NCBI GenBank assembly: GCA_943367755.1
Contig: CALRKB020000022.1
Coordinates: 18,020-66,019 of the forward strand
Direction: 5' to 3'
DNA length: 48,000 bases
Source of the DNA: Rhizobium sp. Q54
GTDB taxonomy: Bacteria > Cyanobacteriota > Cyanobacteriia > Pseudanabaenales > Pseudanabaenaceae
In this document: in pieces, positions 10,101 through 19,915 of the stretch
Layout of the letters: every line of letters begins with the position of its first letter
Position numbering within the stretch: position 1 is the stretch's first letter
Notes under the pieces: generated by a model
The model's database searches: none
What the model saw: the letters and a program-made list of their open reading frames with translations, nothing else
What the model was told of the DNA's origin: nothing
Position numbers and translations under genes: made by a program

Positions 10101-11291
10101 AGCCCCCAAGGTCATTTCCTTCACTAGTTCAAGCAGTTCATGGAAAGTCGGATTTTCTTCGAACTTGACACGTAGCGCTAGCGTATTGACAAAAAAACCA
10201 ATTAAGGATTCAACTTCTCTACGGTTGCGGTTCGCGATCGGCGAACCAATGACGATATCGTCTTGTCCGCTGTAACGGGAAAGTAGCGCCGCAAATGCAG
10301 CGAACATAGTCATAAACAGAGTCGCACCGGATTGTTGGCTGAGCCTATTGAGTTGCTGGCTTAATCCGTGATCGAGTGGAAATTCAACGAAACTACCGAC
10401 AAATGTCTGAACTGATGGGCGGGGGCGATCGGTAGGTAATTCCAATAGGGGAGGTGCCGCAGCTAACAGTTCTTTCCAAAAGTTGAGTTGTTTTTGGAGG
10501 ATATCTCCAGTCAGCCATTGCCTTTGCCAGCACGCAAAGTCCGCATATTGAATGGGTAAGGATGGTAAATGAGCGGGTTCGCCCGCACAGGAAGATCGAT
10601 ATAGCTCGGACAACTCAGCGATAAATACGCCCATCGACCAACCATCAGAAATAATGTGGTGCATGGCGATTAGCAATACATGAGATGTTTCAGATAACCG
10701 GAGTAAGGTAACTCGGAGCAAGGGAGCCACGGAGAGATCGAAGGCTTGCTGAGACTCAGCGATCGCTAATTGTTTCACTTGTTCGGATTGTTCTGGCTCT
10801 GGCAAGTGTTGTAAATCTATGACTGGGAGTGCGATCGTGGTATCGCTAGCGATCGCCTGGACGGGGGCATCATTCACTAACTTGAAGCTAGTCCGCAGCA
10901 CTTCATGGCGACGCACAATTTCTCGGACAGCCATCTCTAGCGCAGTAACATTCAGAGAACCAAAGAGGCGCAGGGAAACAGGGATATTATAAGTAGCACT
11001 CGCTCCTTCTAAGTGATCGAGGAACCACAGTCGAGATTGCGCAAAGGATACGGGTAAATCTTGGTTTCGCTGAATTGGGATAATAGAATCGCAAGTAGAA
11101 TTAACCTCCAGATTACTTTGCTGGAGAAAGTTGATAACCTCTGCTTTCCGTTCAGCCAGTTCAGCGCGTATTTCAGTTGTCAACGCTCCTTTAGGTGCAT
11201 TACAGCGCAAGCGAATTTCATCTTGACTCTCCAGCCATAATTTGATGTCTGAATTAGCTAAGTTAGATAAGAATTCTTCAATGGTTTTCAT
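7140..11291 (-). CDS. NRPS, termination module: N-terminal TubC-type docking domain, then C-A-T-TE
   Basis: Docking domain [41 protein letters not shown]. C-domain motif [10 protein letters not shown]. A-domain cores [72 protein letters not shown]. T-domain [12 protein letters not shown]. TE motif GGWSFGG. Confidence 0.95.
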   Translation of the reverse strand: [1383 protein letters not shown]

Positions 11292-11360
11292 ATATTCATT
11301 CTGTAATGTTATTTTGAACTGCTGAGGCTAGTGGTTAGATAATGCATCTCGCTATCTTTT

Positions 11361-14300
11361 CTATATTTCGATTTCTTCGCGATCATCCACGCGATCATCA
11401 GAATTGATTTGAAGCTTCTCGATGGTCGATCTCATCTTATCGATGTTCTTAGCTAGTTCTGCGACAGTAGGCAATTCAAATAAGCGACGCAGTGGCAGTT
11501 CTACCCCAAACAGCGCGCGTAGCCGGGATGCGATTTGAGTGGCAAGGAGGGAATGTCCGCCTAGTTCGAAGAAGTTATTATGGATCCCTACTTTGGGTAT
11601 GTTTAGAACTTCCACCCATAGTTTGGCTAATTCTGTTTGAGTAGGCGTGGCCGGAGGGACAAAATCACCGATCAGGCTGAGTTCTAGATCTGGCATAGGT
11701 AGAGCATTTCTGTCTACTTTCCCGTTGGGGGTGAGAGGAATAGCATCTAGAAACACAAATGCTCCTGGCACCATGTAGTCCGGGAGTTTCTGTTTGAGAA
11801 AATCGCGTAAGTCGCTAGTTACCACTCCTGGACTTACCACAGCGTAAGCAGCTAGATATTGATTCCCTGGCCGCTCTTCTCTGGCAATAACTGTCGCTTC
11901 CCTCACTTGAGGATGTTGATGCAGTATCGCCTCAACTTCTCCTAACTCAATCCGAAAACCACGAATCTTCACCTGGTAGTCGATGCGACCCAGAAATTCG
12001 ATGTTTCCATCGGGGAGATAACGTGCTCGATCGCCAGTTTTATACAATCGTTCGTCCACTGACCGAGACAAGGGACTAGGCATAAAGGCTTGCTGGGTTA
12101 GCTCTGGGGCATTCAAATAACCGCGTCCAACACCGGCACCGCCTACGTAGAGTTCGCCTGCTACACCGATTGGTACGGGTTGTAACTGTCGATCGAGAAT
12201 ATATAATTGGGTATTTGCGATCGGTCGTCCGATCGTTAGATTCAGGATTTCGGCTGGAGGTGTCTCATAAATTGGATAATGAGTGACATCATCGGAACAT
12301 TCCGTCGGCCCATAGGCATTCATCATCGAGATACTGGGATAATGCTCGAACCACTGACGGCATAACTGGGGTGACAAAGCTTCTCCCGTCAGCAATAACC
12401 ACCTCAAACTAGACATTGCGGGTAGTATAGCTCCGTCTTCTATTTGCTGAAGCAACATCCGTAATAAGGATGGTACGATCTCTAGAATGGAAACTTGCTG
12501 ACGTTGAACTAGCGAGAGTAACTGAGCTGGATCTGTGGCAATTTCGGTAGGGATAATCTCAACTGTGCCACCGACTAGCAGAGCGACGAGAAACTGCCAA
12601 ATACTGATATCAAAGGTTTGGGATGCAGTTTGGGCGATTATATCATTAGCGCTCAAATTTAAATCCATCACTTTCGCATACAAATGATTCAGCATCCCAC
12701 GATGTTCGAGCATGGCTCCCTTGGGTGTTCCGGTGGAGCCAGAGGTATAAATTACATAAGCTAAACTATTTGGGGCAGAGCGGATTGGGAGGTTGTCAAT
12801 TGAATAATCTAGCTGCTCTAAACCTTCGATGCATACCAATTGAGATGTGGTTTCCAATTTGTCAACGATTGGAGAAATTACCGATTCCCACTGCGGCTGG
12901 ACTAATACCAATGGCACTTGACTTTGTGATAATACTTGCTGTATCCGTTCTGCTGGATGATCGGGATTCAGCGGGAGATATGCCCCACCTGCCTTGAATA
13001 TTGCCAGCATCGCCGTCAAGAAATCAAGATTGCGATCGCACATTAAGGCGACGATTGTTTCTGCTCCCACACCCAATTCCACTAAATGTCGCGCCCACCG
13101 ATTCGCACGAGTATTTAATTGCTGGTAGGTTAGCTGTTGGTCTCCAAATACTACCGCGATCGCATCTGGAGTAGACTCTACCTGTTGCTCGAATAACTGG
13201 GGGAAACACTGCTCTAAGGGATAGTCAGCTTGAGTATTATTCCAATCGCTAAGTAGCTGCTGTTGTTCGATCGCACCCAAGATCGGTAATTGGACAACTC
13301 GCTGGTATGGGTTAGCGACAATACTTTCAAGTAATGTTTGGAAGTTGATTGCCAGCCGCTCGATCGTTCCGCGATCGAATAGGTCGCTGTTATATCCTAG
13401 TTCCCCAGCCAATCCCGTTTTGGTTTCTGCCATCGACAGAAATAGATCGTTTTGGGTAGAGAGATCTTCTAGCTCCAGTGGATTGAGCGTCAGCCCTGGG
13501 AGTTCCAATTTCCCCAGCGGGGCATTTTGCAAGACGAACATCACCTGAAATAGTAGCGCATGGCTGAGAGATCGCTCTGGCTGAAGTTCCTCGACCAGTT
13601 TCTCTAGGGGAAATTCTTGGTGGTCATAAGCTCCCAAAGTCATTTCTTTGACTCGTTCTATTAGCTCCAGAAAAGTAGGATTGCCTTGCAATTGAGTTCG
13701 TAGGGCTAAAGTATTAATAAAACAGCCAATCAGAGACTCGACTTCGCTATGGTTGCGGTTGGCAATGGGCGAACCAATGACGACATCATCCTGACCGCTA
13801 TAACGGGAAAGTAAAGTCGCAAATGCAGCCAATAGAATCATAAATAAGGTCGAGCCAGACTTCTGGCTCAGTTGCTTGAGTTGCTGCGTTAATTCCCAAT
13901 CGATGTGGAAATATTTGGTGCCACCTTTAAATGTCTGAATTGATGGGCGGGGGCGATCGGTAGTGAGGGTTAAAAATTTGGGCGCATCCGCCAATTGTTG
14001 TCGCCAGTAGTTGAGTTGAGTTGCCATTACCTCACCAGTCAGCCATTGTCGCTGCCAATCAGCAAAATCAGCATATTGAATTGGGAGTTTGGGAAGTCGC
14101 AAGGGACTATTCGCTGCGAAACCTTCATAGAAACTTCCCAGTTCTCGAAACAGGATGCCCACCGACCAACCATCAGCAGCAATGTGATGCATTACCAAGA
14201 GGAGGATGTGTTCCGCTTCGTTCAAGCGCAGCAAAGTAGCCCGCAACATCAAATCCGCAGCCAAGTTAAACGGTTGCTGGGGTTCCGTGCTTAAAATTCT

Positions 14301-14714
14301 TTGCACTTCAACTTCGCGATCATGATCGAACAACTGACTGAGATCGATTTCTGTTAGTTCTACCGACTGTCCTTCAGTAATTACTTGAAATAAATTCCCA
14401 TCAACTGAAGCAAAAGCAGTTCGCAGCGCTTCATGGCGATCGATGATCGCATTGAGGGTTTGGCTCAGTGCCTCTACATTCAAGTTCCCATGCAATCGCA
14501 CCGCGATCGAGATATTGAAAGGGATATTCGGCTCCAATTGATTCAAGAACCATAATCTTTGCTGAGAAAAAGACAGGGGAGCAGGATCTGAACTTTGTCT
14601 AGGGATAATTTTGGATTTTTTTGCTCCAAGATCGACTTTCTTGATCAGACGTTCTTGTAAGAGGGCGAGCTTTTCAGGAGAGAGATTAGCGATGCGTTGA
14701 TTGAAGTTACTCAT
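11361..14714 (-). CDS. NRPS, one elongation module C-A-T with an acidic C-terminal docking tail
   Basis: C-domain motif [10 protein letters not shown]. A-domain cores [62 protein letters not shown]. T-domain [12 protein letters not shown]. The C-terminal tail [12 protein letters not shown] fits a partner for the TubC-type docking domain of the next protein. Confidence 0.95.
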   Translation of the reverse strand: [1117 protein letters not shown]

Positions 14715-14773
14715 GGTTGGTTTAGTAGGGGAGAATAGAGAAGATTAAAGATTGAAGATCGAAGATTGAATTG

Positions 14774-17700
14774 TTAATTGTTAATTGTTAATTCCATTTC
14801 TTCTAATTCAGCTAAAATGCGATCCATTTCATCTTGGTCTGTGTCCTCAGCTAAGTGCTCGACGACAGCGATCGCTAGATCTGCGATGGTTTGCTTTTCA
14901 AACAGCGATCGCAATGGCAGTTGTACTTGCAATGAATCCTGGATGCGGGAAATAACTTGAGTTGCTAGCAGAGAGTGTCCGCCCAACTCGAAGAAGTTGT
15001 GGTAAACACCAACCTGCTCTAGTCCGAGGATTTCTGCCCAAATTGTTGCGAGTATTTCTTCTACTCCAGTACGGGGCGCTACTACATTTGGATCTAATAC
15101 GGATTGAGCTTGTTCTAGGTTTGCTAGTGCTTTCCTGTCTATCTTACCGTTGGGAGTCAAAGGTAGAGACTCCAGCATCACAAAAGCTGAGGGAATCATA
15201 AATTCAGCTAGGCGATCGCTCAGGAAATTCCGCAATTCGCTGGTAGAAATTAGTTCTGTACTGGGAACGATATAAGCGACTAAACGCTTCCCACCAGATT
15301 GGTCAATTCTGGCAACTACTACTACTTCCCGCACTTGGGGATGGAGACTCAACACCGCTTCTACTTCTCCCAATTCAATGCGGAAGCCGCGAATCTTCAC
15401 CTGTTGGTCGATTCGACCGAGAAACTCAATATTGCCGTCTGGTAAATAGCGAACTAAATCACCGGTTTTATAGAGTCGTCCAGAGTAGTCTTGACTAAAG
15501 GGATTAGGAATAAATTTCTCAGCAGTTAATTCTGGATGATTCAGGTAGCCTTGGGCCAAACTAATACCTCCAATATGCAGTTCTCCAGGAATCCCAATTG
15601 GAACTGGTTGGAGGTGGCGATCTAGAATGTAGGTTTGGATATTATTGATCGGTTTGCCGATGGGCGGTGGTGATTTAGTATCAGTGCTATCGGTGCAAAT
15701 AGCTGTTGTCGCACACACCGTCGATTCTGTCGGCCCGTAACCATTGAGAAAACGTCTTCCCTTCGACCATTGCGCCACCAAATCAGGAGGACAGGCTTCT
15801 CCCGCCACAATAATCGTGCGCAAGTCTGGATACTCACCACTTGGCATTGCCGCTAATGCGGAAGGAGAGAGGGTGACGTGGGTAATTTTGCGATCGCGCA
15901 GCAGATTCATCAGATTTGTCCCTGGAAGTAGGGATTCGCGGGTGTCTAGATACAGCGTAGCGCCAGCACATAGAGACATCACTACTTCCGAAATCGAAGC
16001 ATCGAAGCTAAACGAGGCAAATTGCAGCACGCGGCTATTGGGATGTACGTCGAAGATGCGAATCTGAGCGAGAGCAAGGTTGCATAATCCCTGATGGGCA
16101 ACGAGGACACCTTTCGGTTTGCCTGTAGAACCTGATGTATAAATCACATAGGCTAAGTTGTGAGGTTTTACCCCGCAGATCGGATTAGTATTTCGCGCCC
16201 GCGAAATTACACCCCAGTCTGTATCCAGGCAAACTGTTGGGACGGAGCGATCGGGTAAACTTGCCACCAATTTCGCTTGCGTCAGCAGCACCTCCACCTG
16301 GGAATCCGACAGCATGAAACTCAATCGATCTTGGGGATAGGCTGGATCTAGTGGCACATAAGCACCACCCGCCTTGAGAATTCCCAACAGTCCAACAATC
16401 ATTTCTAGGGAACGCTCGACACAGATTCCAACTAATACCTCCGGTTTCACTCCCAAGATTTTCAAGTAGTACGCCAGTTGATTCGCTCGATCGTTCAATT
16501 CGCGGTAAGTCAGTTGTGCGTTCTCAAACTGGACAGCGATCGCGTCTGGGGTCTTTTCGACCTGTGCTTCAAACAATTGATGGATACATTTATCCTGGGG
16601 ATAATCTGTTTGGGTGGCGTTCCAGTCAATCAGTAACTGCTGCTGTTCCGCAGTACTTAGCAGTGGTAATTGGGCGACTCGCTGTTGGGTATTAGCAACA
16701 ATTCCTGAGAGTAAAATCTGAAAATGCCTTGCCATCCGCTCGATCGTCGCTGGATCGAATAAGTCGCGATTGTAAATCAGTTCTCCAGTCAGTCCTGCTG
16801 CTGTTTCCTCCATCTGCAATGTCAGATCGAACTTGGCATTGACGTGCTCCATTTTAAAGGGAGTCATGGTTAAATCTGAAAGTTCCAGTTTCCCTACTGG
16901 AGCATTCTGCAAGACGAACATTACCTGAAACAAGGGGGTATAACTGAGGGAACGCTCTGGCTGCAGTTCTTCCACAAGTTTCTCGAAGGGCAGATCTTGA
17001 TGTTCGTATGCGGCCAAAGTCATTTCCCGCACTCGTTCTAGCAGTTCGGCAAAGGTCGGATTGCCATCTAGCTGCGTGCGCAAGACCAGGGTATTAACAA
17101 AAAATCCAATCAAGGATTCGATGCCGCTGTGATTGCGATTGGCGATTGGGGAACCGATCGCGATATCTTCTTGACCGCTATAACGCGAAAGTAAAGTCGC
17201 AAACGCTGCTAGCAAAGTCATAAATAGGGTTGCACCCGATCGCTGTGACAGAGTTTTAAGCTGCTGGGTTAACTCGCGATCGAGTTGAAAAGCTACACTA
17301 GCCCCTTGAAATGTCTGTATCGAAGGGCGAGGTCGATCGGTGGGGAGTTCCAGCAACGGGGGGACCGCATCTAATTGGTATTTCCAGTAATCGAGGTGAG
17401 TTTGGAGTACTTCCCCGGTCAACCATTGGCGCTGCCAACGAGCAAAGTCAGCATATTGGATTGGCAACTCAGGTAATTCGACAGGTTTCCCAGCACAGAA
17501 ACCCTGATACAGCGTAGATATCTCATCAATAAATATGCCCATCGACCAACCATCAGAAATAATGTGGTGCATGGTGAGGAGCAGCAGATGGGATTTTTCT
17601 TCCAATCGTACCAACGTAACTCGCAGCAAGGGAGCCATGCCTAGATCGAAGGTTTGCTGCGACTCCGTGATCGCAAACCGTTGCACTTGATCGGCCTGTT

Positions 17701-19915
17701 CCTCTGCTAGTAAGTGTTGTAAGTCTACCAAGGGAATAGAGATCGATAGATCGCTGGCAATCTCCTGGACTTGAACACCATCAACCATCTTAAAGCTAGT
17801 CCGCAATATTTCGTGGCGCTGCACGATCGCTTGTACTGCCATTTCTAACGCCGTGACGTCGAGATCGCCCGTCAACTGGAGCGGTTCTGGCATGTTATAG
17901 GTGGCGCTTCCACCTTCTAATTGATCGAGAAACCACAATCTTGTTTGAGCGAAGGATAAAGGTAAAGATTCATCGCGAGGAACTCGCACAATTGGCGGTG
18001 GTACGCGGTCGTTCAGCCATCCTTGTACTCTCATACCAGCTTCCTGATTAGCCTCAATTAATTCGCTGAATTGAGCGATCATAGGCAGTTCAAATAAGCT
18101 CCGCAAAGGCAGTTCTACCCCAAACAGCGATCGCAATTGGATAATTACCTGTGTCGCCAGCAGGGAATGTCCTCCCAACTCAAAGAAGTTGTCATGAATG
18201 CCTACTTGATGGATATTGAGAATTTCTGCCCATAGTTGTGCCAGCATTGCCTGTGTGGGAGTAGCAGGAGGGACAAAATCGGTATACCAATTTAGATCCA
18301 GATCTGGCACGGGTAGAGCCTGGCGATCTACTTTGCCATTGGGAGTTAGTGGCATCGATTCTAAGTAGACAAATGCTCCAGGTATCATATAGTCTGGCAA
18401 CCACTGGTTAAGAAAATCGCGCAAGTTGCTAGTTGTAACTGAGCGATCGGCGATCGCATAGGCAGCTAAATATAAATTTCCCAGGCGATCTGCTCTGGCA
18501 ATTACCACCGCTTCCTGCACTTGGGGATGTTGACTTAGAACCGCTTCAATTTCGCCCAACTCAATCCGAAAGCCGCGAATCTTTACCTGGCAGTCAATCC
18601 GCCCCAGAAATTCGATATTACCATCGGGGAGATAACGGGCGCGATCGCCAGTTTTATATAAACGCGCCGAGTCTGCGGGGTTAAAAGGGTTTGCAATAAA
18701 AGCCTGTGCCGTGAGAGTTGGATTATTCAAATAACCGCGTCCCACCCCAGCACCGCCCACATAAAGTTCGCCCGCCTCACCAATTGGCAAGGGTTGCAAC
18801 TGCGGATCGAGAATATATAATTGGGTATTGGAGACTGGACGACCGATTGGGAGATTTAGGATTTCCGATGCGGGTGGTTGGTAAATTGGATAATGAGTGA
18901 CATCATCCGAACATTCCGTTGGCCCATAGGCATTCATGATTGGAATACTGGGATAATACTCCAGCCACTGACGGCATAACTGGGGAGGCAGGGGTTCACC
19001 TGTAAGTAATAACCACCGCAAATTGGCTAGTTTGTGTCGAATCCCATCAAATTCTATTTGTTGGATAAGTGCGCGTAGTAGTGATGGCACGATCTCCAGA
19101 ATAGAAATGCACTGACGCTCTACAAGAGCAAGTAACTGAGTTGGGTCTGTAGTAATTTCGGTACTAATAATCTCAACTTTGCCACCAACGAGCAAAGCAA
19201 CGAGAAATTGCCAAATGCTAATATCAAAGGTTTGGGATGCTGTTTGGGCGACGATATTGCTAGCACTCAAATTCAAATCCACTATCTTCGCATATAAATG
19301 ATTCACCATCCCCCGTTGTTCGAGCATCGCTCCCTTAGGAGTGCCAGTGGAACCAGAAGTGTATATTACATAGGCTAGATTATTTGGAGTGCAGCGGATC
19401 GGCAGATTTTCCGTCGCACCTTCTACCCGATCTAAATCTTCGAGGCATAACAATTGGGGTTTAGTTTCTAATCCTTCGACAATTGGAGAAATTATCGCTT
19501 CCCATTTCTGCTCAGACAATAGCAACGCCACCTGACTTTGCGCTAATACCTGCTGCGTGCGCGTTGCGGGATAATCGGGATTTAGCGGTAGATATGCTCC
19601 ACCCGCTTTGAACACTGCTAACATCGCTGTTAGAAAATCGATATTGCGATCGCACATCAAGGCAACAATGGTTTCTGCCCCCACACCCAGTTCGACTAAA
19701 TGCCTTGCCCACCGATTTGCACGGGCATTTAATTGGTGGTAGGTTAGCTGTCGATCGTTAAATCTAACGGCGATCGCATCTGGGGTGCGCGATACCTGTT
19801 GCTCGAACAACTGGGAGAAACACTGGTCTAAGGGATAATCAGTCTTGGTATCGTTCCAATTGTGGAGCAACTGCTGCTCCGTGGTACTTAGTAGTGGGAG
19901 GTGCAAATTAGTCAT
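14774..19915 (-). CDS. NRPS, loading plus first elongation module: A-T-C-A-T
   Basis: Starts directly with a C-A-linker-like sequence ([28 protein letters not shown]) and an A domain. Two T domains ([14 protein letters not shown] twice), one C domain ([10 protein letters not shown]), and a second A domain with distinct cores ([44 protein letters not shown]). The ATG overlaps the upstream gene's stop (ATGA at 19912..19915). Confidence 0.95.
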   Translation of the reverse strand: [1713 protein letters not shown]

